Shown here: positions 19,759-30,126 of the stretch, piece after piece
Numbering within the stretch: position 1 is the first letter of the stretch
Layout: each line of letters opens with the position of its first letter
Origin: Candidatus Marinacidobacterales bacterium
GTDB lineage: Bacteria; Acidobacteriota; Vicinamibacteria; Marinacidobacterales; DATDRI01
NCBI GenBank assembly: GCA_965219415.1
Contig: OZ244742.1
Span: 416,001-480,000 of the forward strand
DNA: 64,000 bases
Direction of reading: 5' to 3'
Translations under genes and position numbers: made by a program
The notes under the pieces: generated by a model
Databases searched by the model: none
Seen by the model: only the letters and a program-made list of their open reading frames with translations
What the model was told of the DNA's origin: nothing

Positions 19759-22155
19759 TCAGAACGTCGAGCCGATGCCAAAACGGAACGCAGTGGACGG
19801 CTGAAAGAACCGCTCCGAGTTCGGATTGTAAGCGAAAATCAACCGAAAAGGCACGTTGAGCATTGGGACCAGGAAACGCATCTCCGCTCCAGTTGAAGTA
19901 GCAAGCTCATTGAACATCGAGAACCTTAGCGGGTCTTCATCGCTGAAGGTCTGACCGGCATCGAAGAATAACACTGCTCGCAGCGGTCCCGCCAGCGGAA
20001 TATAGTACTCCATGTTGAACAACATCATCCTGGTGCCACCGATCAAAACGGTGACCCCGTCGTCTCTAGCGAGCCGCGGCCCCAGCGACCGGATGTCGTA
20101 CCCTCGGATCTGGTTCTCGCCTCCCATGAAGAATCGCTCGAAAATTGGTACGCCGTCGATGGTGCCACTTCCCGGCACATCGGTACCGAAGCCCTGCAGC
20201 CATGAGGCCATGGCTCGAAAACCGAAATTTGTCCGGCGGGTAATGGGAACATACCAAATACCCTCGACCGTCGGCTTATAGTAGTTGACGGTTCCCCCCA
20301 AGGGTCCTCCGGCGAATGCGAAGCTGGTCGTATAACGCTTCCCTTTGTGCGGAAACATGGGGTTGTCGACGGTATTGAGGACGTAGGTCGGCGTGATTCG
20401 GCTCTGATTGAACTTGCCGAAAGCGCCAAAGAACGGGTTAAAGAGGCCGCCACCGCCAAGACCTCCACCGAGGAACGGGTCGAAGAACGGATTATTGTTG
20501 AACAGATCCGTGTCCGGCTCGGCGGTCTCGATGACCGTGTAGCCGTAATTCACAAAGAACCGCGAGAACCGCTTTAACGGCATCCCCCAAGTGAAATTCG
20601 CCCCCGTATCCTTTTGCGTGAACTGAGGCAATCTTATCGTGCGTTTGAACACGCTGAAACCCACGGTGATCGGCTTGTCGAGAAACCACGGCTCCTGGAG
20701 AGAGATCTGGAAATTCTGGGTCCGGCTCCCTGTTTGAACCGCGAAAGAAGCGGTCTCTCCTCGGCCAAGAAAGTTGGAGGTGGAGAAGGACACGTTGATG
20801 AACGCGCCCTCCAAACCCGACACGCCGCCACCGAACGTGAACTGGTTTCGGTTTTGCTCCAGCACCGGGAGAACGATGTTCAGTTTAGTGTCTTCCCCCG
20901 GAACCGGTTCGATCTGGGGCCCCTCGATAGGCTGAAAGTAGCCGAGCTGATTGATCCGTTGAATGGATAGCTTGAGCAGTTCCATGTTCATAACATCCTG
21001 CTCGTTGATCCAAACCTCGCGCCGGATCACTTTGTCGCGGGTTGTGGTATTGCCTTCGAACTCGATGCGATTCACGAAGTATTGCTTGTCTTCCTGCAAG
21101 TTGATGGTGACGTCCACGAGGTTGGAGCCCACCTGAGGCCGTTTGACGGGAAACCCGGTGAACTGAACGTAGCCCCGGGCGCCATAGAGCTCTCGCAATT
21201 TCTCCATTCCTTTGACGATCGTGGACTCGTTGTAGATTTCACCCGGTTGCAGGTTGAAGAAAGCCTTCACGAACGTCTCGGGGAACACCGTCGCCCCATC
21301 GACGCTGACCTCACCCACGCGGTATTGCCTGCCCTCCGAGACGGGAATGTTGATAGTGACAAACCGCTTCGGTTTGCTCCAGAACATGAATCGCGAATTA
21401 CCGTCTTCGTAAACAATCTCCGGCTCGCCGAAGCTGACGTCCACGAAACCCTCGTTGAGGTAGAGCTCCCGCAGGCTCTCGACGTCCTCCGCGAACTTCT
21501 CATCGGTGAACAAACTGCCACCTTGAAGAAACGCCAAGAGGTGACTCTCCTTGGTCTTCTTCATGCCCCACTTGAGCTGCCATTGGGAGAATTCTTCTGC
21601 TCCTACGAAGTTGACACTCTTGATGGTGAGCTTTCGCTCGTCGTTTATGTTGAACGCCACTTGGACACCGGTCTCCACGTTGATCACGGTGCTGGAGACT
21701 TCGCCGTTGGGAAGTCCCTTGTCGTTCAACATCTGTCGGATGATCTTCTCCACCCTAACCACCTGGGCGGGGTCGTAGAACGAGTCCATCTTGATCTCGG
21801 CGTCTTCCTCTTTGAGCTTTTCCTCGATGTCGCTTCCGCTGAGAGACTTTGATCCAACGTACTCGATAGTGCGGACGCGCTCGCGCTCACTGACGGTAAA
21901 CTTCAAGATCTGACCCCGCTCGCCGTCGCGGGTTTCCAACGTGAGGTCATCCAGAAAGCCCGTATCCCAGAGTCGCTGGAAATCGGCGAGCGCTTTCTCT
22001 TCGTCATAGGAGTCGCCGACCTTGGAGTTGATGTGGAAGAGGTAGGTACCGGCGTCGACAGAGCGGTTCCCTACGATCTCTATTCCTTCGATGATTTCAC
22101 CCTGCGCGAAGAGCAACGCAGGAAGGAGCAGGCTGGCCACGAGGGTTGCCAGCAC
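19759..22155 (-). CDS. bamA: Outer membrane protein assembly factor
   Basis: POTRA repeats (GNTTTRDKVIRRE), IRGY motif, terminal Phe; start approximate. Confidence 0.95.
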   Translation of the reverse strand: MLATLVASLLLPALLFAQGEIIEGIEIVGNRSVDAGTYLFHINSKVGDSYDEEKALADFQRLWDTGFLDDLTLETRDGERGQILKFTVSERERVRTIEYVGSKSLSGSDIEEKLKEEDAEIKMDSFYDPAQVVRVEKIIRQMLNDKGLPNGEVSSTVINVETGVQVAFNINDERKLTIKSVNFVGAEEFSQWQLKWGMKKTKESHLLAFLQGGSLFTDEKFAEDVESLRELYLNEGFVDVSFGEPEIVYEDGNSRFMFWSKPKRFVTINIPVSEGRQYRVGEVSVDGATVFPETFVKAFFNLQPGEIYNESTIVKGMEKLRELYGARGYVQFTGFPVKRPQVGSNLVDVTINLQEDKQYFVNRIEFEGNTTTRDKVIRREVWINEQDVMNMELLKLSIQRINQLGYFQPIEGPQIEPVPGEDTKLNIVLPVLEQNRNQFTFGGGVSGLEGAFINVSFSTSNFLGRGETASFAVQTGSRTQNFQISLQEPWFLDKPITVGFSVFKRTIRLPQFTQKDTGANFTWGMPLKRFSRFFVNYGYTVIETAEPDTDLFNNNPFFDPFLGGGLGGGGLFNPFFGAFGKFNQSRITPTYVLNTVDNPMFPHKGKRYTTSFAFAGGPLGGTVNYYKPTVEGIWYVPITRRTNFGFRAMASWLQGFGTDVPGSGTIDGVPIFERFFMGGENQIRGYDIRSLGPRLARDDGVTVLIGGTRMMLFNMEYYIPLAGPLRAVLFFDAGQTFSDEDPLRFSMFNELATSTGAEMRFLVPMLNVPFRLIFAYNPNSERFFQPSTAFRFGIGSTF

Positions 22156-22174
22156 ACGCGAACCCGTCAGGTGT

Positions 22175-24613
22175 TCAGACCGGAAGGGGTTGCCCTTCCT
22201 CCACAGCGTCTCCTTGGCGGAGCGCCAGCTTGTCGCCATCCGGGTAGATCTCCACAAGCCGACCAGGCGTAAGAGTGCCACGAATGAATGCCTCCGAAAG
22301 CGGATCCTCTACGTGTTTTTGCAATGCGCGCCGAAGCGGCCGGGCACCATAGGAACGATCGCGACAGGTACTCTCAATAATCCACTCTACTGCCTCGGGT
22401 GTCACCGCGATCTGTAGCTTCTTGTCCCGCAGGTTCTCGTTCATTTGTTCAACCAAGAGGCCCACAATTTTTCTAAGGTCGTCGTCACTAAGGGCGTCGA
22501 AAATGATGATTTCGTCGACCCTGTTGATGAATTCCGGGTTGAACGTCTTCTTCACCTCCCCTAAGACCATTTCGTTGATTCGAACGGCCGTCACGTGCTC
22601 ATCATCGGACTGAAAGCCGACGCGCCCTTTCTTCTCGATGTATCGAGCGCCGATATTCGAGGTCATGATCAGAATGGCGTTTTTGAAGTCGATGGTGTTG
22701 CCCAAACCGTCGGTCAGTTGGCCATCCTCGAAAACCTGCAGGAGAATATTGAAAACGTCTGGATGGGCCTTCTCGATTTCGTCCAGCAAAATGACGCAGT
22801 ATGGATTGCGTTTAACCTTTTCGGTCAGCTGCCCACCCTCTTCATGGCCGACGTACCCCGGCGGAGAGCCGATGAGCTTGGACACCGAGTGCTTTTCCAT
22901 GTACTCGCTCATATCGAAACGGGTCAGGGCCTTTTCAGAACCAAAGAGGAAATTCGCTAGACAACGCGCGACTTCGGTTTTCCCGACGCCGGTGGGCCCA
23001 AGAAAGATGAACGACCCGACCGGTCGGCTCGGACTCTTGAGCCCCGCCCGCGAGCGTCGGATGGCTCGGGACAGCGCCGAGATGGCTTGGTCTTGACTGA
23101 CAATTCGCTTGTGGAGCTCCCCTTCCATTCGAAGGAGTTTCTCGCTCTCCTCTTCCTTGATCGAGGCCAGCGGAATTCCAGTCCACTTCGAAACAACTTC
23201 GTCAATGTCCTTGCGTACGACTTCCGGACGGTCAAAATTCTTCAGTTCCCACCGTTTCCGGATGAACTGTAGATTCTCGCGCTGGGAAATCTCCTCATCG
23301 CGATACATCGCTGCGCGCTCGAAGTCCTTGTTTGCGATCGCGTCATCCATGCGGTCCGCGATGACCCGAATTTGCTTCTTCAGGTCCGCGAACTCCGTAG
23401 AGAAGGACGACTCACGCAACTTGACTCGTGATCCCGCTTCGTCGAGCAAGTCGATGGCCTTGTCGGGCAGGAAGCGATCGGTGATGTACCGATGGGATTG
23501 GTACACCGCGGCCTCGAGCGACTCGACGCTGTAGGCAACGTGGTGGAACCTTTCGTAGCGATCCTTGACCCCGCTCAGGATTTCGATGGTCTCGGCCTCG
23601 CTGGGACTGGCGACCTTCACACCCTGGAAACGGCGCTCCAGACTTCGATCCCGCTCGATGTACTTACGATACTCGGCGGGCGTCGTGGCACCGATGCACT
23701 GAATCTCACCGCGAGACAGCGCCGGTTTCAATATGTTGGCCGCGTCGAGCGAACCTTCGGCAGAACCCGCGCCTACCAACGTGTGGAGCTCGTCGATGAA
23801 GATGATCACGTTGGGATTCTCGGTGAGCTCCTTCATGATCGTCTTCAGCCGCTCTTCGAACTGCCCTCGGTATTTGGTGCCGGCCACGATCAGGGAGATA
23901 TCCAACGCCAGAATCCGCTTGTCCGCCAGGAACAGAGGAACGTCGCCATGGACGATCTTGGTGCCCAGCCCCTCTACGATTGCGGTCTTCCCCACTCCGG
24001 GCTCGCCAATGAGAACCGGGTTGTTCTTAGTACGCCGGCAGAGTACCTGGATTACGCGATCGAGCTCGTCGTCCCTTCCGATTAGAGGATCCAGTTGGCC
24101 ACGGCCGGCGGCTTCCGTCAGATCCCGGCTGAATTCTGTGAGAAGCGGCGTTTCCTTCGCTTTCGACATGGTCGCCTTCTGATTCAGCTCTTGAACGATG
24201 TCCTCGCGTACCGCGTTGATGTGCATCCCGCGCTCGGCGAGGATGGTGGCGGCGACGGACTTTTCTTCGCGCAAGATGCCTAAGAGGATGTGCTCGGTGC
24301 CTATATAGTTGTGAACCAGGCGCTCTGCTTCCTCGGCTGCATGCGTCAGCACCTTCTTCGACTCCGCGGAGAGGGGGATCTCGACAGAAGTCGACACCTG
24401 GTCCCGAATGACGATGCGGCCTTCGATTTCCTTGCGGATGCCTTCCATGGAAAGGTGGGACTTGGCGAAGAGGCGGCTAGTTAGGCCCTTGCCTTCTCGA
24501 ATCAGCCCGAGCAGGAGGTGCTCCGTCTCGATCGAGTTGCTGCCTAGCTGCGCTGCTTCGTATCGGGCAAAGAAGATTACCCGCTTAGCTCGTTCGGTAT
24601 ACCGCTCGAACAT
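22175..24613 (-). CDS. clpC: ATP-dependent Clp protease ATPase subunit
   Basis: MFERYTE Clp-N repeats; two Walker A motifs (GEPGVGKT, GPTGVGKT); GYVG pore loop. Confidence 0.95.
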   Translation of the reverse strand: MFERYTERAKRVIFFARYEAAQLGSNSIETEHLLLGLIREGKGLTSRLFAKSHLSMEGIRKEIEGRIVIRDQVSTSVEIPLSAESKKVLTHAAEEAERLVHNYIGTEHILLGILREEKSVAATILAERGMHINAVREDIVQELNQKATMSKAKETPLLTEFSRDLTEAAGRGQLDPLIGRDDELDRVIQVLCRRTKNNPVLIGEPGVGKTAIVEGLGTKIVHGDVPLFLADKRILALDISLIVAGTKYRGQFEERLKTIMKELTENPNVIIFIDELHTLVGAGSAEGSLDAANILKPALSRGEIQCIGATTPAEYRKYIERDRSLERRFQGVKVASPSEAETIEILSGVKDRYERFHHVAYSVESLEAAVYQSHRYITDRFLPDKAIDLLDEAGSRVKLRESSFSTEFADLKKQIRVIADRMDDAIANKDFERAAMYRDEEISQRENLQFIRKRWELKNFDRPEVVRKDIDEVVSKWTGIPLASIKEEESEKLLRMEGELHKRIVSQDQAISALSRAIRRSRAGLKSPSRPVGSFIFLGPTGVGKTEVARCLANFLFGSEKALTRFDMSEYMEKHSVSKLIGSPPGYVGHEEGGQLTEKVKRNPYCVILLDEIEKAHPDVFNILLQVFEDGQLTDGLGNTIDFKNAILIMTSNIGARYIEKKGRVGFQSDDEHVTAVRINEMVLGEVKKTFNPEFINRVDEIIIFDALSDDDLRKIVGLLVEQMNENLRDKKLQIAVTPEAVEWIIESTCRDRSYGARPLRRALQKHVEDPLSEAFIRGTLTPGRLVEIYPDGDKLALRQGDAVEEGQPLPV

Positions 24614-24639
24614 ATTCTCCACCCGATCATTGTACGCGT

Positions 24640-24648
24640 ATTATACCA
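24640..24648 (-). promoter_or_regulatory. Extended -10 element upstream of clpC
   Basis: TGGTATAAT on the minus strand ~27 nt before the ATG. Confidence 0.55.
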
Positions 24649-24758
24649 CAGCCCGTAAAACCATGGATATGTGGTGGTTCCTCCACACGAGCCGCATTCA
24701 CTACTCGATCGAAGGGAGAATAGCATGAGCGTTGGGCGGCGTCAAAGAAACGTCTTTT

Positions 24759-25445
24759 TCAGGCCCTGTGCTCATGGAGCCGGCCGTCTTCCATATAAAC
24801 GACCCGGTCGCAAACCGACGCAATTTGTTGACTGTGCGTGACTAGCACCGATGTCAGCCCACGTTCTTGATGCAGCCTAACCAAGAGGCCCACCAGCTCG
24901 TCGCTGGTTTTCGCATCCAGGTTGCCGGTCGGTTCGTCGGCCAATACCAAAGGTGGCTCGACCACCAGGGCGCGCGCCACCGCCACCCGCTGCTGCTCCC
25001 CGCCCGATAGTTCTCCGGGCCGATGCTCCGCCCGATCGGCCAACCCCAAGGCGTCCAATAGCCTGCTGGCACGGTCTCGCGCGACGGCAGCCGGGGCTCG
25101 GCCTATCAACAACGGCATCATCACGTTCTCCAATGCCGAGAACTCGGGTAGCAAGTGATGGAACTGAAAAATGAATCCGATGGTTCGATTGCGTAACTCG
25201 GTGCGTTTGGGCTCGTCGAGAGCGAAGACGTCCTCGCCTCCTATGGACAGAGAGCCCCGTTCCGGCTCGTCCAAAGTCCCCAGGACGTGGAGCAAGGTGC
25301 TCTTGCCGACCCCGGATGCGCCCACGATGGCAACCATTTCCCCTTTTCGAACCGTGAAGTCCGCTTCCTGCAGAACCGGGAGATAGCTCTCCCCGGCGCG
25401 AAAACCCTTCACCAGCTCTCGCGCGTCGAGAAGGACTTCACTCAT
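24759..25445 (-). CDS. lolD: Lipoprotein-releasing ABC transporter ATPase
   Basis: [35 protein letters not shown]. Confidence 0.93.
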   Translation of the reverse strand: MSEVLLDARELVKGFRAGESYLPVLQEADFTVRKGEMVAIVGASGVGKSTLLHVLGTLDEPERGSLSIGGEDVFALDEPKRTELRNRTIGFIFQFHHLLPEFSALENVMMPLLIGRAPAAVARDRASRLLDALGLADRAEHRPGELSGGEQQRVAVARALVVEPPLVLADEPTGNLDAKTSDELVGLLVRLHQERGLTSVLVTHSQQIASVCDRVVYMEDGRLHEHRA

Positions 25446-26682
25446 AGCGGAGCGCCTCCGTTAGGTTGAGCCGTGAAGCCCGCCGAGCCGGATAAAGAGT
25501 CGCCAGAAAACACACCAGCGGTGCACCCAAAACCACCAGGACGAAATCCATCGGTAGCAGCTTGAAAGGAACGTACGTGAGCTGGTAAACGTCTTCGGGA
25601 ATGTGAATCACTTGGTAATAGTCGAGTACCCACGCAACGCTCACTCCCAACACCGCCCCAACCAGTGTGCCGACCACACCGACAATCATGCCCTGCAGCA
25701 TGAAGATCGTCATGATGCTTCGCGCCGTGGCCCCCATCGACCTGAGGATGGCGATGTCCCGAGTCTTCTCCATGACGATCATGGTCTGGCTGGCGACGAT
25801 ATTGAGAGCAGCGACTCCGACAATGAAGCTAATGAAGATGGTAGTCACCATCTTCTCGAGCCAGAGCGCGGAAAACAGACTGCGGTTCATCTCCATCCAA
25901 TCCACGCTTCCGTAACCAGTACCCAGCTTGGCTCGCGCGTCGGCTCCGAGAGATTTCACTGCGTAGATGTCGTCGACCCGGGTCTCAACGTAGACCGCCT
26001 CATCGGCGAAGCCGAGCAACCTCTGGGCATTCTCGAGTCTAACCAACGCCCAAGCGTTATCGAAGTCGTAGAGCCCCACCCGATAGATGCCCGCGATCCG
26101 AAAACGGCGGCTGCGCGGAAGCATGCCGAAAGGAGTAAGGTGACCTTCGGGTGATGTAACGTTTACGATATCGCCCACCAGGCCCCCCAGAGTCATTGCT
26201 AACTCCTCACCAATCACCATTCCCGGGAGCGGAGAGCCGTCACTTTCCTCGGGAGGTGCGGCGAGGTGTTCGAGACTTCCCGCCACCATCTTCCCCGCGA
26301 ACTCGGTGACCGACGCCTCTCGGACCGGATCCACACCTTTCAAGGTGACCAAGCCCGAGCCGGTGGCGCTCGAGACCAAGGCCTTCCCGTAGATCACCGG
26401 AGCGGCACCCTCGATTCCAGGAAGTGAAGCCAGGGTCTCGGTCACCTCGGCGTAGTTCCGCATGGCGCGACCCTCGAGGCTGTAGATACTAAGGTGAGAG
26501 GCCGCACCCAGAATCCGAGACCTGAGCTCACCCTGAAAGCCCGTCATTATCGCGATGGCGATGAGCAAGATCATCACTCCCACGACGACACCGAGTGTGG
26601 AGATCGCCGAGATGACGGAGATGAAGACCTGCTTCCGCTTAGCCAGCAGGTAGCGCAGCGAGATGACGAGCTCGTAAGGCAT
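25438..26682 (-). CDS. lolC: Lipoprotein-releasing ABC transporter permease (LolC/E)
   Basis: LRYL..KRK..FIS N-terminus; FtsX-like C-terminus ending LYPARRAS..EALRYE. Confidence 0.9.
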   Translation of the reverse strand: MPYELVISLRYLLAKRKQVFISVISAISTLGVVVGVMILLIAIAIMTGFQGELRSRILGAASHLSIYSLEGRAMRNYAEVTETLASLPGIEGAAPVIYGKALVSSATGSGLVTLKGVDPVREASVTEFAGKMVAGSLEHLAAPPEESDGSPLPGMVIGEELAMTLGGLVGDIVNVTSPEGHLTPFGMLPRSRRFRIAGIYRVGLYDFDNAWALVRLENAQRLLGFADEAVYVETRVDDIYAVKSLGADARAKLGTGYGSVDWMEMNRSLFSALWLEKMVTTIFISFIVGVAALNIVASQTMIVMEKTRDIAILRSMGATARSIMTIFMLQGMIVGVVGTLVGAVLGVSVAWVLDYYQVIHIPEDVYQLTYVPFKLLPMDFVLVVLGAPLVCFLATLYPARRASRLNLTEALRYE

Positions 26683-26691
26683 GGGTGGAGG

Positions 26692-28191
26692 TTATGAAGT
26701 GGTTTCGGGTCGCATGTGAGGGAACAAGATCACGTCACGGATGGAACGGCTATCGGTGAAAATCATGACCAGGCGATCCACACCGATGCCTTCTCCGCCG
26801 GTCGGCGGTAAACCGTGCGCCAGAGCTCGGATGTAGTCGTCGTCCATGACGTGAGCTTCCTCATCGCCACGCTCCCTCTGGCGAAGTTGCATCTCGAATC
26901 GCTCTTTCTGATCCTGGGGATCGTTGAGCTCGCTGAATCCGTTGGCGCACTCCATTCCCGCCACGAAGAGCTCGAAGCGTTCCACCAGCTCCGGGTCGTC
27001 TGATTTCTTCTTAGAAAGCGGGGAGACGTCCAGGGGATGGTCGTAAATGAATGTCGGCTGGACTAGCTCTGACTCCGCCACCTCGTCGAACAAATTTGCG
27101 AGGAGCTTGCCCCAAGGATTGGCGGGGTCGAAGCTAACGTCGAGTCGTTCGAAAATTGCCACCAGAGCCTTGCGGTCGCGGAGCTCCGCCTCGGAGGTCT
27201 CGACACCCTTTCGTGACAGCGCTTGGCGCGTCGCGTCGAGCATCGTGACCCGAGGATAGGGAGGCGTGAACTTGATCTTCTGGCCCTGATACTCCAATTC
27301 TTCACTGCCTCTCACTTGTCGCGCCAGCTGAACGAAGAGAGCCTCGGTAAGATCCATCATCGACCGGAAATCGCTGTAGGCCTCGTAAAACTCCAGCATG
27401 GTGAATTCCGGATTGTGTTTGTACGAAATGCCTTCATTGCGGAAGTTGCGATTGATCTCGTACACCTTTTCCAGCCCACCTACGACCAAGCGTTTCAAGT
27501 AAAGCTCAGGTGCGATGCGAAGGTAGAGATCGATTCCCAAAGTGTTGTGAAAGGTCTTGAACGGTCTCGCCACTGCACCACCGGCGATAGGTTGCAGCAT
27601 CGGCGTTTCCACCTCCACGTAGCCGCGCGCGTCGAAGAACGAGCGCATCTCGCGGATGACACGGCTGCGGGTGACGAAGACCTCTCTCACGTCGACGTTC
27701 GACACGAGGTCCAAGTAGCGCTGGCGGTAGCGGATTTCTTTGTCCGCCAGGCCGTGCCACTTCTCGGGAAGCGGGAGGAGGGATTTTGCCAAGAACGTCA
27801 ACTGCTCGACTTTGACTGTCAACTCGCCAGTGCGAGTGCGGAACATCGGCCCCGCTACGCCGACAAAGTCTCCTAGATCCAGCAGCTTGAAGATCTCGAA
27901 TCCAGGAGACTCGACCGTGTCGTTGCGTATGTAAACCTGAAGCCGAGAGGCCCCATCCGATAGATGCGCAAACGCCGTCTTCCCGTGACCACGCAGAGTG
28001 ACCAGGCGAGCGGCCACTTGCACCCGTGGCGCAGCTTCTTCGAGCTCCTCCGCATTGCGAGGAGAGAACTCTTCCAGGGCTTGGGCTACGGAATGCGTCC
28101 GATCGTAGCGGGTGGGATAGACATCGACCCCGAGCTCGCGCAACGCCTCCAACTTGTCGCGCCGGTCCGGAGGGATCAGAAAGTCGGCCAC
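26692..28191 (-). CDS. lysS: Lysyl-tRNA synthetase (class II)
   Basis: RYRQRYLDL, FRNEG..HNPEFT, GIGVDRL. Confidence 0.97.
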   Translation of the reverse strand: MADFLIPPDRRDKLEALRELGVDVYPTRYDRTHSVAQALEEFSPRNAEELEEAAPRVQVAARLVTLRGHGKTAFAHLSDGASRLQVYIRNDTVESPGFEIFKLLDLGDFVGVAGPMFRTRTGELTVKVEQLTFLAKSLLPLPEKWHGLADKEIRYRQRYLDLVSNVDVREVFVTRSRVIREMRSFFDARGYVEVETPMLQPIAGGAVARPFKTFHNTLGIDLYLRIAPELYLKRLVVGGLEKVYEINRNFRNEGISYKHNPEFTMLEFYEAYSDFRSMMDLTEALFVQLARQVRGSEELEYQGQKIKFTPPYPRVTMLDATRQALSRKGVETSEAELRDRKALVAIFERLDVSFDPANPWGKLLANLFDEVAESELVQPTFIYDHPLDVSPLSKKKSDDPELVERFELFVAGMECANGFSELNDPQDQKERFEMQLRQRERGDEEAHVMDDDYIRALAHGLPPTGGEGIGVDRLVMIFTDSRSIRDVILFPHMRPETTS

Positions 28192-28195
28192 GGGT

Positions 28196-28612
28196 CTAAC
28201 TCGCCTCCGGAGCTTCAATGCTCACACGAACGGCATCCAAGACACCGTTCACGAACTGCACCGCATCGGGGCTGGAGAACCTCTTCGTCACCTCGAGAGC
28301 CTCGTTGATGACGACGCGCTTGGGCACTTCTTCATAGAGAAACTCATAAATCGCTAGTCGCAGAATATTACGGTCCACGGCCGCCATGCGGAGTAGTCGC
28401 CAGTGCTCGGCATGCTTCGTGATCAACTCATCGATCTCCTCGAGATGCTCGACCGTTCCTTGAAGGAGCCGTTGAGCGAGACTCCGCGTTTCATCGGCCG
28501 CCTCGCGAAGCTTCCAAAACGACTCCTGTACTTGCGCTATGGGCTCCTCGCCGATCTCCCATTGGTAAAGCATTTGGACTGCCAGCTCCCGCCCTTTCCT
28601 TCGCGAACCCAC
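28196..28612 (-). CDS. nusB: Transcription antitermination factor
   Basis: RRKGRELAVQ.LY, VDRNILR, FVNGVLD. Confidence 0.95.
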   Translation of the reverse strand: MGSRRKGRELAVQMLYQWEIGEEPIAQVQESFWKLREAADETRSLAQRLLQGTVEHLEEIDELITKHAEHWRLLRMAAVDRNILRLAIYEFLYEEVPKRVVINEALEVTKRFSSPDAVQFVNGVLDAVRVSIEAPEAS

Positions 28613-28677
28613 AATGATTCCTGCTTTGGCAACACGCCGAGCCCCCAGCACTCAAGCCGGGACCATAGCAACGGATC

Positions 28678-29154
28678 CTAGTGATTCCCTTCCATCTGAC
28701 GATAGAGGTCCGCCATCTCTACCGCGGCGATGGCCGCGTTGTACCCTCGATTATCTCCGCGCTCCTCGGCGCGTGCGAGCGCGGTGTCTCGCGTTTCGGT
28801 TGTGAGAATTCCAAAGGTCAAAGGAATGCCCGAGTCGAGTGCGGTCCTCTCGATAGCATCCGAGACCGTCCGGCCGAGGTAGTCCCAGTGGGGAGTCTCT
28901 CCTTTGATGATGGCGCCAAGGCAAACCACCGCGTGGTAACGACCGGAGTCGGCCAGCTTCTTCGCTGCGAGAGGGATCTCGAAGGAGCCCGGCACCCGAA
29001 CCACCACCACGTCCTTCTCTTCGACTCCGCAGCCTTTTAGAGCTTCGAGCGCGCCATCGAGAAGCTTGTCGGTCACGAAATTGTTGAAGCGGCCGACCAC
29101 GACTCCAACACGGAGTCCCTTCCCGCTTGGTTTGCCCTCCAAGATCTTGGTCAA
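28678..29154 (-). CDS. ribH: Lumazine synthase
   Basis: RFN, VPGSFEIP, IKGETPH, FGILT. Confidence 0.95.
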   Translation of the reverse strand: MTKILEGKPSGKGLRVGVVVGRFNNFVTDKLLDGALEALKGCGVEEKDVVVVRVPGSFEIPLAAKKLADSGRYHAVVCLGAIIKGETPHWDYLGRTVSDAIERTALDSGIPLTFGILTTETRDTALARAEERGDNRGYNAAIAAVEMADLYRQMEGNH

Positions 29155-29167
29155 GCTACTCTCACCC

Positions 29168-29319
29168 TACTCCCTCACCCGCCGTCTGGCCACATTGTTC
29201 GTTGGCACAGCGTATTTTGACGGCCACAACGTCCCCAGCCCGCCTCCGTCCGCCTCTGTTCCAATGACTTCGGCGGGTCCGCCGAAGCCTCCCGCGAAGG
29301 CGGAAGGGGAGAGGGAGTA
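29168..29319. repeat. Composite intergenic element: BoxC-like terminal inverted repeat enclosing modules B and C
   Basis: tactccctcaccc...gggagagggagta; 29172-29226 matches the reverse complement of 62389-62443; 29240-29302 resembles the reverse complement of 38013-38078. Confidence 0.75.
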
Positions 29320-29337
29320 AAGGAAGGAAGCCAACAT

Positions 29338-30120
29338 CTATTGGCCCTTGAACTTGGCTGCACGCTTCTCGAGAAACGCTTGCATGCCTTCCTTCATATC
29401 TTCGGTCGCGCAGAGAATCCCGAATAGCGAGGCCTCCAGATCCAGCCCTTCATCGAGACTGCCGTCGAGACCCTTGTCTACCGCGCGAATCGCGTAGCGG
29501 ATCGCCAGCGGCCCATTGGCGAGAATCTTTCGCATCAAAGCCTCTGCCGCGCCAAGAAGCTCGGCGCGCGGCACGACCCGGTTCACCAACCCGATGCGGT
29601 GGGCTTCCGTGGCGTCAATCATCTCCCCGGTCAGGATCAATTCGAGCGCCCTGCCTCTGCCCACGATCCGCGCCAAACGCTGTGTCCCTCCGTAGCCAGG
29701 GATGACGGCCAGCTTCACTTCCGGGAGACCCATCTTCGCCTCCTCGGCGGCGACGCGAATGTGGCAGGCGAGCGCCAGCTCCATGCCCCCACCGAGCGCA
29801 AATCCGTTGATGGCGGCCACCACGGGTTTTCCGGACGTCTCTATTCTTCTCATCACCGACTGCCCGCGCAGCGTCGTTTGGTGTCCGGTGGTAGGCGTCT
29901 CTCCGGCCAACTCCTTGATATCCGCCCCGGCAACGAAGGCCTTCTCCCCCGAACCGGTGACGATCACTCCCTTGACGGCCGCGTCCAACTCCAAATCGGA
30001 GAAGAGCTTATCTAACTCGCCAATTGTCTCTTCGTTGAGCGCGTTGAGCTGCTTCGGCCGATTGATCGTAACGAACGCGATCCCCTCTCGTGTTTCGGTC
30101 AACAGATTTCGAAATGTCAT
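29338..30120 (-). CDS. crt: Enoyl-CoA hydratase (crotonase)
   Basis: INRP..LNAL, AFVAGADI, GGGMELA, PEV...PGYGGTQRL. Confidence 0.92.
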   Translation of the reverse strand: MTFRNLLTETREGIAFVTINRPKQLNALNEETIGELDKLFSDLELDAAVKGVIVTGSGEKAFVAGADIKELAGETPTTGHQTTLRGQSVMRRIETSGKPVVAAINGFALGGGMELALACHIRVAAEEAKMGLPEVKLAVIPGYGGTQRLARIVGRGRALELILTGEMIDATEAHRIGLVNRVVPRAELLGAAEALMRKILANGPLAIRYAIRAVDKGLDGSLDEGLDLEASLFGILCATEDMKEGMQAFLEKRAAKFKGQ

Positions 30121-30126
30121 GCTCCC

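Noticed and set aside
24614-24758. CtsR or CIRCE heat-shock operator before clpC
   Set aside because: Neither GGTCAAA repeats nor TTAGCACTC-N9-GAGTGCTAA was seen
29203-29218. sigma54 promoter (TGGCAC)
   Set aside because: No TTGC at the -12 position; it lies inside repeat module B
29155-29337. FMN riboswitch upstream of ribH
   Set aside because: No RFN consensus seen (AGGGCGGGG..AATTCCC..CCGGCGGT); the region is explained by dispersed repeats
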